In this document: positions 37,633 through 46,049 of the stretch, piece after piece | How the letters are laid out: each line of letters opens with the position of its first letter | Numbering within the stretch: position 1 is the first letter of the stretch | Source of the DNA: a virus | DNA length: 64,000 nucleotides | Virus record (IMG/VR): IMGVR_UViG_3300043449_001732 | Location: 19,982-83,981 of that record | Direction: 5' to 3' (one strand) | The notes under the pieces: generated by a model | The model's input: the letters and a program-made list of their open reading frames with translations, nothing else | Told to the model about the DNA's origin: nothing | The model's database searches: none | Translations under genes and position numbers: made by a program

Positions 37633-37909
37633 GATAGAGGTCAGGTCCCTGCCTGCACACCTGATCCATCTACCTTGCGGTAACCTTGCCGTCCCGCGTT
37701 CTTTGATCGCCCCAGGGAGAAATAGGATTTAAGTCCTGGGTTTCCAGGCCAGGGGGATGGCCTTCCCTGCCCGTTTGATTCTCGGGTGCGCCCTCGACCC
37801 AAAAAGCGTGGCCGGAAATTCCGTCTACGCTTAGGCAAGCGCAACGAATCAGCAACACCCCCTATGCTTAGCTCCGGGACGCCGGATGATGCACAAACCT
37901 GGGGGTCAC
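37633..37909 (+). ncRNA. Large structured ncRNA (manA-motif-like candidate)
   Basis: TGTGTATAAT promoter; GC-rich multi-stem region with long-range helix 37675-37690/37834-37844; abuts a tRNA-like element. Confidence 0.6.
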
Positions 37910-37910
37910 T

Positions 37911-37981
37911 CAACCGGTAGTCCAGTGGCAGGACACCCCGACAAGGGAGTTAGATAGCTGGTTCGATTCCAGCACGGTTGA
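37911..37981 (+). tRNA. tRNA-like element with aberrant anticodon arm
   Basis: Acceptor CAACCGG/ACGGTTG, D arm GTCC-AGTGGCA-GGAC, T arm GCTGG-TTCGATT-CCAGC; central hairpin has a 5-nt loop. Confidence 0.6.
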
Positions 37982-37997
37982 TTTTCAGTTAAATTTA

Positions 37998-38818
37998 TTA
38001 GTTGCCTAACGCGGATATAAAGTCTTCAGGAGAATCTACGGTAGCGTACACGTATTGTTTAGGATCTATTGGTGTTTTAATTTTTTGAAGTCTGGACAAA
38101 CCTTGTTTTGCAATATCTAAAGCCATTTGAGGGTCTGTCATTAAAAAATCAGCAACTGCCCCCTGGTATATTTGCGCTTCTTCTTTTAACCCAGCCGCAT
38201 GTAATCCGTCAGCTACTGCGCGAGAAATGTTAGCAGCTTTTTGTCTATCTGATCTAATTGGTTCCGATAAACCAAAATCAAGTTGAATAGGTCTTCCCGT
38301 CATTTTATGAAACATAATATTTCCAGGATGTCGATCAGACAAAGAAACATTATTTAAAGCCAATACACTCATTTGTTTAGCTTGATTTAAATACTGTTGT
38401 TTGTTCAATTGGTCGTTTAAAGAAATATCAGCAGTTCCAGCTGGCGTGTAATTAGTCCTTAGGTCTTGCATTGTTATTTCTCCACGCATTGATGGATTGA
38501 TACCAGGCTCTAACGGAACAACAGTTTGTCCAATCCTTGGAGGCGCTAAAACAACAGACTCAATTGCAGGAGCAATTCCCAACTCAGCAGCTTTAGCCTG
38601 TAAGTTAATTTCATTTAATAGTTTTTGTTTTTTTTCTAGTGCAATTTCTTTGGTTACTAAACCAGGCGAAGTTGCATATACCTCACTAAATTGGCCACTT
38701 CCAATTTTTTTTGTGCTCTCTTAGCTGCTTCAGCAGCCATTGCACGGACTTCTTCAGGACCAACTCCTGGGCGGACAGGCGGTTTTTTATTTAAAATATT
38801 TTTTATTAAATTTAACAC
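37998..38818 (-). CDS. Protein kinase-like gene interrupted by a -1 frameshift at an A8 run
   Basis: IGSGQFSEVY, VTK, DRHPGNIM, DFG in one frame; its start lies in another frame joined at 38705-38712. Confidence 0.7.
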
Positions 38819-38853
38819 TTTATTGCTGCACTTGTTACAATTATAAACTAACC

Positions 38854-38929
38854 CACCTGGTCCGAGACAATTGGATAGTACGGTCACTGCCGCTGCAGGA
38901 CGATGTAGGTTCGAATCCTACCCAGGTGC
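38854..38929 (+). tRNA. tRNA-like element with aberrant D and anticodon arms
   Basis: Acceptor CACCTGG/CCAGGTG, D loop AATTGGATA, T arm GTAGG-TTCGAAT-CCTAC; central CTGC-CGCT-GCAG tetraloop. Confidence 0.6.
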
Positions 38930-38958
38930 TTTATATTAAGAAGACTTGAGATGCTCAG

Positions 38959-39624
38959 ATGACAACACTGGTAGCCAACGTTCCACCAGTAAAGGTATGG
39001 GTGCGTCGTGAATACTTGCGTGACTTACATGACGGCCACGGTGAATACACCCCTGGCTATTGGGTAACATGCAAATCACTCACAGGTAGGGCTTTGTATT
39101 TTGAGACGTACCTTACCGAGTATGGTGCACTGTATGACAAGCTTCCCATCAGTGCTTTTCTTGCTTGGGACCCAGATCATCCCACCAAACCACAAGCACC
39201 TACACCCGACTTACCTTTGACAGATCTTCAATTTTGGAACGGGTTCGACCACGGGCTTACCGTAGTCGAAAAGAACTTAATCTTTAACATGCACTTTGAG
39301 GTCTTGACACGCAGCGCAGGTGTAATAGGTGGCACATATTTGTTTACTATTGACAACTACCATCCTCATCGAAACGAACCCGACTTTTATTTCTCAGAAT
39401 TTCCTGATGAACATAAATCACATAACATTGTGGCTTTGGACAATGGTCAAATTGGTGCTTATCCCAACAATCGCTGCCGGATGGTCGATCCATCTTTAAC
39501 CAACCATGAATTAAAGACACCAGACTTTAAGGTATCTACGCGTTACTTTGATGTTGAACATGCACCTAAGTGGGGAAGGCTTGGTGAATCAGACGAATAC
39601 TTCTGGAAAACGCCTAACGAATAG
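38959..39624 (+). CDS. Conserved cyanophage-type hypothetical protein
   Basis: VWVRREYL.D..DGHGE...YGALYDKLPISAF...EHKSHN...YPNNR. Confidence 0.75.
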   Translation: MTTLVANVPPVKVWVRREYLRDLHDGHGEYTPGYWVTCKSLTGRALYFETYLTEYGALYDKLPISAFLAWDPDHPTKPQAPTPDLPLTDLQFWNGFDHGLTVVEKNLIFNMHFEVLTRSAGVIGGTYLFTIDNYHPHRNEPDFYFSEFPDEHKSHNIVALDNGQIGAYPNNRCRMVDPSLTNHELKTPDFKVSTRYFDVEHAPKWGRLGESDEYFWKTPNE

Positions 39625-39654
39625 TTAGATCAGTTATATTTACTGCAGTAATGC

Positions 39655-39912
39655 TTGGCTTTGGTGCCAACTTCCAAGGAAATACTCCAGCGCAATAGAC
39701 AAAAGTTTCTTGAGTACAAGAAGACTTTGAATTGCCAGCACTGTGGGTTGAATGATCATCGTGTCCTTGAGTTTCACCACGTTGGTGACAAGGACCATAA
39801 CATATCAAATATGGTTAATCACGGATACGGCTGGCGCCGCATCGAAGAAGAAATAAAGAAATGCATTCCGCTATGCTGCAACTGCCACAGGCTTGAGCAC
39901 TGGAGTGATTAA
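39655..39912 (+). CDS. Small HNH endonuclease
   Basis: CQHCG..DHRVLEFHH...EEIKKCIPLCCNCHRLEH. Confidence 0.85.
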   Translation: MALVPTSKEILQRNRQKFLEYKKTLNCQHCGLNDHRVLEFHHVGDKDHNISNMVNHGYGWRRIEEEIKKCIPLCCNCHRLEHWSD

Positions 39913-40463
39913 TTATTTCTAAGAGTAGCCTTAATTTGCCAAGCAGCTTTAAATGCTTGACCCGTTAAGTCGGCAAGGAAGTTTTGAATATCAATAGCTC
40001 CAACTTTAGAAGCAATAGGCTCTAGTTTTTTGGCTTTCATACCAAGTTCCTCAAGATTTTTGTAGTACACGCCAAGCATGTCAGCGCCCTTGTATGAAGT
40101 TACAGCTTGCATGGGAGGAGCAGCATCCTTAAGTCCACAACCACACATGGGCATCAGATAATCCATGCTGCGAACAAACTCAGCAAGGGTATCAAATTGC
40201 TCCAGGTGCGCCTCATACTGATCTTTTAGGAAGGCATGGACGCCTAAGAAGTTACCGCCCTCGTAGTTCAGGTGGATTAAATGTGACTGGGTCTCCAGTT
40301 CCTTGAGGTAAGCACACAGAGAGATGCACTGCTGGATGAATGCACCCACATCACCACCAGCCTTGGATTTGGCAGGGGCTTTTGGCTTGTCCTGGGGCTG
40401 AGGAACAGCTTGAACCTGGGGCGTTTCAGCAGGTTGATACTGTTGCGGAGCGGGAGCGTACAT
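39909..40463 (-). CDS. dps: Dps/ferritin-like protein
   Basis: HLNYEGGNFLGVH..L..QY...DTLAEFVR ferroxidase pattern; KAAWQIKA. Confidence 0.8.
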   Translation of the reverse strand: MYAPAPQQYQPAETPQVQAVPQPQDKPKAPAKSKAGGDVGAFIQQCISLCAYLKELETQSHLIHLNYEGGNFLGVHAFLKDQYEAHLEQFDTLAEFVRSMDYLMPMCGCGLKDAAPPMQAVTSYKGADMLGVYYKNLEELGMKAKKLEPIASKVGAIDIQNFLADLTGQAFKAAWQIKATLRNN

Positions 40464-40504
40464 AAGTCTTGACCAATAGTTCTAGTTTATCAGTCATTAA
40501 CACG

Positions 40505-41824
40505 TCATCTTGATACCTCTTCCCAGTCCATAGCAGCTAACACTTGAGCACCGTTATCTTCACTGCTGCAAACCAAAGTTAATTCAGTTGTTGCACCCGT
40601 AAAACTATTACGTTCCAGCTGGAATTTAAACAATGCTTCCTTAAGGATGTCAACCACAGCGGATCCTTGGTTGGAGCCATTGGTAAAACCACTGGCAAGC
40701 ACACGCCCAGTTCCGAGCGTAAAGGAAGAAGCATCAATTTTGTATTCAACGGATGAGTCGTCGCCTAAGTTTGACCAGGTGCCACCAGTCGTTGTGCCAC
40801 CAACAATAACTTTCCAGTTATAGCTAGCGTTATTGGTAATACCCATCAAAGATATTGCAGTTAAAATAACAATTGCATCTAGTCGAGTTGATTTAAGGCA
40901 AAGCGAAACAATTGGATAAACAGTAGGTGCAGTCGTTAATGTATACGGCGTATCGACTGGGGTTCCGACTGCGTTTTGAGCACCCCTTAGCTCATAGCCA
41001 CCTTCTGAAATAACTGTTGAACACACTTGTTTTAATGTGCTACTACTTGCAGTAGTACCAAGGTTTTCAATCTCATAACGAACCGGCAGTGATGCCGTTG
41101 TCATGTAAGTAGATGTAATTAAATTTGCGTGGTGGAATGAATGGCAGTGTACAAATTGCCCATTAATTACAAACCCAGTACGCACAGTGCCAAGACCTAG
41201 CCATTCAATATCAGTCCAATGAATTTGAGCCTTGGTGATATCAAGAGTAAAACCAGAAGGACCTTGTCCATCCAACGTATCAATATTCCAGTTTGCTTGA
41301 GACACTCGAGTCTCATTAACAGAACCAGAAACTGAATTACGTTCAACAAAAGATGGCGCACTGGTACCGCTAACTTCTACGTAGATACCATTATCTGTTC
41401 CAAAATACCCAACGCGTTGACGCAAGTTAGCTTTGCCAGAAGCCATGACAAACGTGTTCATAACCTGCAGGCTTTTCCCTGGCTGGTAAGAACATACCTT
41501 TGTCGTTTCCCTTAAAACTTTTGCACCAGATGCAGTGGTTACATTGAGATTAACTAATCCTTCGCCACTGCTAAATACGTAGGTGCCACCAGTTCCTGTT
41601 GAGGTAGCCCACAGACCATTGTCTCGATACCGATGACTTGAGTCAAAGAGTGTTAATGGGGAGGATGTACGCAACCTACCAAATGCGTCACCAGCCGTAC
41701 CCCCTGCTTGTACATATACATTAGTACCGCTAACCGTAGTTACTTCAAGCGGTTGACCACTGCAAGTTTGAACCTTAACTACTTCGTATAACGTGCTCGC
41801 ATTTACTTCTCTATATACAGGCAT
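40505..41824 (-). CDS. Putative virion structural protein
   Basis: DAFGRLRTSSPLTLFDS...YQPGKS...DIEWLGLGTVR.G...CSTVISEGG. Confidence 0.7.
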   Translation of the reverse strand: MPVYREVNASTLYEVVKVQTCSGQPLEVTTVSGTNVYVQAGGTAGDAFGRLRTSSPLTLFDSSHRYRDNGLWATSTGTGGTYVFSSGEGLVNLNVTTASGAKVLRETTKVCSYQPGKSLQVMNTFVMASGKANLRQRVGYFGTDNGIYVEVSGTSAPSFVERNSVSGSVNETRVSQANWNIDTLDGQGPSGFTLDITKAQIHWTDIEWLGLGTVRTGFVINGQFVHCHSFHHANLITSTYMTTASLPVRYEIENLGTTASSSTLKQVCSTVISEGGYELRGAQNAVGTPVDTPYTLTTAPTVYPIVSLCLKSTRLDAIVILTAISLMGITNNASYNWKVIVGGTTTGGTWSNLGDDSSVEYKIDASSFTLGTGRVLASGFTNGSNQGSAVVDILKEALFKFQLERNSFTGATTELTLVCSSEDNGAQVLAAMDWEEVSR

Positions 41825-41843
41825 TGAACTATTGAGTAGATAA

Positions 41844-42095
41844 TTACATTTTAGAACACGTAGTTCCCTTCTTTTTTTGTATATGTAACTTGCGCATTTC
41901 TTTATGACTCAAGCCACCGTAGTCCCGTGGTTCTGTCACAGGCAAACTTTTCATACCACATACGCCACAGTTACCTATGTGATAAGTGGCATAGTGACTT
42001 GGAGGACCGACGTAAGAACTACCCTTGTACCAAAGACCGTGAGTCATCCCACAGTTATCACAAATCCATTCAGGGTAATACTCCTGCATCTTCAT
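41844..42095 (-). CDS. Small Zn-binding protein
   Basis: CDNC...CGVC...VTEPRDYG. Confidence 0.6.
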   Translation of the reverse strand: MKMQEYYPEWICDNCGMTHGLWYKGSSYVGPPSHYATYHIGNCGVCGMKSLPVTEPRDYGGLSHKEMRKLHIQKKKGTTCSKM

Positions 42096-42481
42096 TGTTT
42101 TTTACACCGCAGAAGATCAACCAATTCTTGAGCTTTGTCATATTCTTTTTTGACCAGCTCAGCATTGTTATGTGCAGCAGTCAAGAAACATTCGAAGAGT
42201 TCAGCCCCTGACAGCTCATTAAAAAATTCAGCAATTGTGTCAGCAAAATACTCAGTTGCTTTCTTTTTAAATTCAGTGGCATCTAGCTGCATTGAAGTAA
42301 GTTTCATCATGGTATCCCGCCATTCTGGCATGACGCTTGTGACATTGCTTGTATCATGAAGAGACTCACGTGAGTCTTTGGAGACACCCGGAGTATCCAT
42401 CTCAGCAATCACGCGATTAGATCGATACCATTCTTGCCATTTGTTAATGGCGTCCATAGGTTCATCCACTTGGTTGTCCAT
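42092..42481 (-). CDS. Hypothetical protein
   Basis: 129 aa, ATGA overlap. Confidence 0.6.
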   Translation of the reverse strand: MDNQVDEPMDAINKWQEWYRSNRVIAEMDTPGVSKDSRESLHDTSNVTSVMPEWRDTMMKLTSMQLDATEFKKKATEYFADTIAEFFNELSGAELFECFLTAAHNNAELVKKEYDKAQELVDLLRCKKQ

Positions 42482-42544
42482 AATAAAAAAGAACGTACCA
42501 CTAGTGTGGCACGTTCAATAAGTATAAATTGTTCAACTTGAACT

Positions 42545-42838
42545 TCAGGCAGTTGCCTCAAGTTTTTTTTGTTTTTCTATCAGTTCTTCGTATTCTTTGA
42601 CTGCGGCAAGCATTTCAAAGTACCGTTCACGCATCGTGGTACCTGCTTCGGTCATACAGAAACGCTGCCACAAACCTGTGTAGCAATGGTTGGTTGGTTT
42701 GTAGACCTGGTACAGGCGTTCCATGAAGTCAGCCTTCTTCTGTTCTTCAACCACGTCCCAGTTACGCAGTTGTTCCTTCAACCAAGGTGTATCGAATGCA
42801 CCAGTGGTGTTCAGTTTCTTAAGAAGTTCTTCAGTCAT
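42545..42838 (-). CDS. Hypothetical protein
   Basis: ATGACTGA junction start; followed by terminator hairpin 42491-42516. Confidence 0.6.
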   Translation of the reverse strand: MTEELLKKLNTTGAFDTPWLKEQLRNWDVVEEQKKADFMERLYQVYKPTNHCYTGLWQRFCMTEAGTTMRERYFEMLAAVKEYEELIEKQKKLEATA

Positions 42839-43028
42839 TGGAATCAATTGCGGTGATGGAAGTGAAGACACCTTTGACGGCAGGGCTAGTTTCAAAGAGG
42901 AGATCGTCTAGCTCATCCTGGAGAGCGATGGCAATATCCTGTGCAGTACGACCGCCAAAGCTGTCGTATTCAACCTCAAGATCAACCGCAAACGATACGG
43001 TTAGCCGAGGAACAATAACGGGTTCCAT
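42831..43028 (-). CDS. Hypothetical protein
   Basis: MEPVIVPRL... ATG ORF. Confidence 0.55.
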   Translation of the reverse strand: MEPVIVPRLTVSFAVDLEVEYDSFGGRTAQDIAIALQDELDDLLFETSPAVKGVFTSITAIDSND

Positions 43029-43053
43029 TACTGGTAGTAAAGACTGAATTACT

Positions 43054-43311
43054 TTACAGCAACTTCTCCAAAGAGTGCACTTGATTTTGCTGATAGTAAC
43101 CAAGACGCTCTTGGATCAAATGCGTGTAATTGATGGCAGCATCAACCATCTCAGTTGCGTCCATTGATGCAGCAAGGTTTTCATTTGCTAACATCCCTGC
43201 TGTTAACGCAGTAACTTGCCACTCAAGCTTGGTACCCACCAATGCGGGAAGAGGTGTCCCTGCCTGAGTGAAACCCGCCAGTAAATCAACCAGCTTACTT
43301 TCATCAGACAT
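43054..43311 (-). CDS. Hypothetical protein
   Basis: 85-aa ATG ORF with GAGG upstream. Confidence 0.6.
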   Translation of the reverse strand: MSDESKLVDLLAGFTQAGTPLPALVGTKLEWQVTALTAGMLANENLAASMDATEMVDAAINYTHLIQERLGYYQQNQVHSLEKLL

Positions 43312-43346
43312 GGAACACCTCTTGTATCTATTTATTGTATGGCAAC

Positions 43347-43754
43347 TTATTTATCGCCACGTGCCAGGTAGTACCAGTAGGCACGGGCTGCGTTTTGGTG
43401 GAAGCGTTTACCAAGCAAAAGTTTAAGTTTCTTTTGCTCAAGCTCATCGACCTTATCGTTGTGATAAGGCACGGGCTCATCACCGTCACACAACATCGAC
43501 ATCTCCAGTTCATTCATTTGGATCTGGAGATTGAAGTCATCAACACTATGGTTGTGACATGACATGCGGATGTGTGCATCCTCGAGATCAGTCGGGGGTT
43601 CCAGCTTCTGGTAGAAGTTCTCCGAGATGTTTGGATGCCTCCAGATCCACTGACTTGTTTGAGAAGATGCGCTGGGAACGGACCGAGTATTCTTGGACAA
43701 CTTTGACTCCGTGTGGTAGGTGCTGACCGGCTTGGTAGGCGTTGCGGATGGCAT
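43347..43754 (-). CDS. Hypothetical protein overlapping the Gp157-like gene (start uncertain)
   Basis: Only ORF explaining 43347-43587. Confidence 0.5.
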   Translation of the reverse strand: MPSATPTKPVSTYHTESKLSKNTRSVPSASSQTSQWIWRHPNISENFYQKLEPPTDLEDAHIRMSCHNHSVDDFNLQIQMNELEMSMLCDGDEPVPYHNDKVDELEQKKLKLLLGKRFHQNAARAYWYYLARGDK

Positions 43755-44301
43755 CGAGGTTTGGGAGAACTTCTTGTTTGGTTCGGGGTTCAGTCCTTTC
43801 GTCAAGGACTTCTCCTGACATTGAACGTACCACGATTCGTTTGGTTGTGGTTGTTTCTTGCTCAATGCAGAATTTGCTGCGTTCTTCAGTGTCCCAAAAC
43901 TCTGGGTCTGACGTGATCTCAACAGTTAACTCCTTCTTACGTATGAGGGTGAATTGATAATTGCGCCCACTGATCTTGTTGGAATCAGATGGCAGTGCAC
44001 GCCGTAACCAATTTAGCAAACCCTTGAGGGATCGCAGTTGGGACTCATGATGACGCTTGGCTTGGGTGATGAGATCCCCTTCTTTTTTGATGCGTTCAAG
44101 AGCATCCTCATGGGCCGCCATAGAGTAATGCAAACGGTCGATCTTCTCTGAACGGAGATAGGCACAGGCCTCCAGCTCAGCTTGCGCCAGTTCCTGGGAC
44201 TCAGGAGTAAGTAGAGGCAGTGATTTTTCAATAGCACGGTAGTGCTCGTAGAGTTTGAGGATGTTTAGATCCTTGAGTTTAGCTTGAGTGAGTTGAGTCA
44301 T
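43588..44301 (-). CDS. Siphovirus Gp157-like coiled-coil protein
   Basis: LYE...KIDR...IKKE...LKGLL...PNLDAIRNA...PHGVKVVQ pattern. Confidence 0.6.
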   Translation of the reverse strand: MTQLTQAKLKDLNILKLYEHYRAIEKSLPLLTPESQELAQAELEACAYLRSEKIDRLHYSMAAHEDALERIKKEGDLITQAKRHHESQLRSLKGLLNWLRRALPSDSNKISGRNYQFTLIRKKELTVEITSDPEFWDTEERSKFCIEQETTTTKRIVVRSMSGEVLDERTEPRTKQEVLPNLDAIRNAYQAGQHLPHGVKVVQEYSVRSQRIFSNKSVDLEASKHLGELLPEAGTPD

Positions 44302-44304
44302 TGC

Positions 44305-44424
44305 TCAGATGTTTTGGAGATGGGATTGAAGTTTGTTTAGTGCATAGGCCAGCAGCGCTGCGGCTGCTGTCCAAAGAATATCTTTGAGAACAGGAAGAAC
44401 AAAAGATGCAATGGTTTCGAACAT
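44305..44424 (-). CDS. 39-aa membrane peptide
   Basis: MFETIASFVLPVLKDILWTAAAALLAYALNKLQSHLQNI; downstream of pseudoknot motif. Confidence 0.55.
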   Translation of the reverse strand: MFETIASFVLPVLKDILWTAAAALLAYALNKLQSHLQNI

Positions 44425-44444
44425 GAGTTGGTTGTATATGGGGT

Positions 44445-44471
44445 GGTCAGTTTTACGTCATGACCAGGACG
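44445..44471 (-). promoter_or_regulatory. 27-nt pseudoknot leader motif, copy 1
   Basis: CGTC-CTGGTCAT-GACG-TAAAAC-TGACC. Confidence 0.75.
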
Positions 44472-44476
44472 ATTGA

Positions 44477-44803
44477 TCACTCTGGTTTTGCCAGAAGCTC
44501 CTTAATAGATTTGATTTCATCCATCAAATCCTGACGAGTAAAAACTGTGATGCCGTCATAGGAACGTTCCGCAATTTTCTCAGGGTCTTCAGTCTTCTGG
44601 ATCACACGAGCATCATCGTTTGCATCATACGTAACACTCTCGTACATTCTCCAGATAACATCATGAGGCCAGCCATTAAGATCTACGTTCTGCTCTTGTG
44701 CTACACAGATAAGTGCACGCATTGTTTTAAAAAGAAACGTAGCTTTTTCTTCAAAGATCTCAAGGTAGCGATCTTCATCAAGTCCGTAGGTGTCAATTGA
44801 CAT
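44477..44803 (-). CDS. Hypothetical protein
   Basis: MSIDTYGL... ORF. Confidence 0.55.
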   Translation of the reverse strand: MSIDTYGLDEDRYLEIFEEKATFLFKTMRALICVAQEQNVDLNGWPHDVIWRMYESVTYDANDDARVIQKTEDPEKIAERSYDGITVFTRQDLMDEIKSIKELLAKPE

Positions 44804-44993
44804 AGCAATCAAGTGCGTTGGTTAATGCTTCGATGATAAAGGATTTTTGTCCTTCTTCACCAAGGCTTGTCCAGTATTCAAGCTCTGGATCTTCATCATC
44901 CCAATGAATGCGGATGGTGCAACCACCATCTTCTTCATCAATTACTTCAACCTCCAGCTTCTCAACCCATGTCATAGTTAGTTTTTTAGTCAC
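44793..44993 (-). CDS. Hypothetical acidic protein
   Basis: 66-aa ORF in coupled operon. Confidence 0.55.
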   Translation of the reverse strand: MTKKLTMTWVEKLEVEVIDEEDGGCTIRIHWDDEDPELEYWTSLGEEGQKSFIIEALTNALDCYVN

Positions 44994-45199
44994 AGGCCCT
45001 CCAGTTCGGCGGCAATGGCGAGGAGTTCATCTGCATCGCACTCCCACACGTCATGGCCATGGTGTTGCTGGGTGTGAGCAACTGCAGCACGGAGAGCGGC
45101 GGCGATCATTTCCGTTTCGGTGACATCACGGTCAAGGTTGTCGGCCAGTGTGAAGGCGGCATCCAGCACCGCCTGCGCGGCGGGGGAGAGGTCAGTCAT
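44990..45199 (-). CDS. Paralog family B (MTDLSPAAQAVLDA)
   Basis: Shares termini with 55292..55543. Confidence 0.7.
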   Translation of the reverse strand: MTDLSPAAQAVLDAAFTLADNLDRDVTETEMIAAALRAAVAHTQQHHGHDVWECDADELLAIAAELEGL

Positions 45200-45291
45200 T
45201 TTCTGTCAAGACAAACTAAAAACAGCAAAAGCCAAAGTGATGGTCCAATCTGTAGCGCAAAGGTGTATACTACCTCGCGCATATCAGTCAT
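45196..45291 (-). CDS. 31-aa membrane peptide
   Basis: MTDMREVVYTFALQIGPSLWLLLFLVCLDRK; coupled at both ends. Confidence 0.45.
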   Translation of the reverse strand: MTDMREVVYTFALQIGPSLWLLLFLVCLDRK

Positions 45292-45703
45292 CGGGCAGCT
45301 CCTCAATGGCGCGGCGGATTTGAGACAGGTCGCAGCCCATGCCGTGCATTGCCAGATCCGCGTTGAGCGTGTCCAGCTGCAGTAGCGCCTGCTCCTTCAA
45401 GCTCGGCGGCTTGGGGCGGCGGGCGGCGCGGAGTTGCAGCGTCAGATCGCCAACACCATCCAACCACTCACAACACGCCTCCAGCTCCTGGTCACTGGCC
45501 CATTGGGCGGCGCGGGTGGCGATGTGCTCATCGCTGAGTGAGACGCGGACGGGTGTGCCTTCATGCCAGATTTCGGCAACCCACTGCTGCACCAGCTCCG
45601 GCGGTGGGATAAGGTTATTGTCAGTCATTGGGTTACTGTGTGCGGTGAATCGTTCGTAATCGGCTAGTATCCTCGCCAGTCGTTGCGCTCGATAATCAGC
45701 CAT
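45284..45703 (-). CDS. Paralog family A (PPPELVQQW...DQELEAC...RRPKPPSLKEQAL); start 45703 or 45628
   Basis: Conserved family blocks. Confidence 0.7.
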   Translation of the reverse strand: MADYRAQRLARILADYERFTAHSNPMTDNNLIPPPELVQQWVAEIWHEGTPVRVSLSDEHIATRAAQWASDQELEACCEWLDGVGDLTLQLRAARRPKPPSLKEQALLQLDTLNADLAMHGMGCDLSQIRRAIEELPDD

Positions 45704-46049
45704 CGGGAAGCGCCTCCAGTGCTTTACGAATAAACTCAAGTTCACGCATTTGGTCCGAGAAAAACTCACCGCTCTTCTCAAATCGTTTCACACTTTCCAA
45801 GGCCAGCTCCTTCAAACTCAGTGGCCTCGGGCGGCGATAGTTATAGAACTCAGTCACATCTTCTTCTTCCCATGCAGCGCACTGTTTAAGGTAGTTGCCA
45901 CAAGCCAAAAGCTCCTGGTCGGCGCCCCATTGGGCGGCTACTTCCGCAATGTATTCATCAAACTCAAGAGACACGTACTGTCGATTTGCTGCTTCTACTC
46001 GCCACTGCTGCACCAGCTCCGGCGGTGGGGTGATGTGGTAGTTAGTCAT
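45696..46049 (-). CDS. Paralog family A
   Basis: Conserved family blocks. Confidence 0.75.
   Translation of the reverse strand: MTNYHITPPPELVQQWRVEAANRQYVSLEFDEYIAEVAAQWGADQELLACGNYLKQCAAWEEEDVTEFYNYRRPRPLSLKELALESVKRFEKSGEFFSDQMRELEFIRKALEALPDG

Noticed and set aside
37641-37913. Minus-strand ORFs over the structured RNA
   Set aside because: GC-rich by-products; promoter and tRNA-like element support a + strand RNA
37633-37981. tmRNA or group I intron
   Set aside because: No tag ORF or G3-U70 acceptor; the tRNA-like part is contiguous; no interrupted host gene or recognisable intron core
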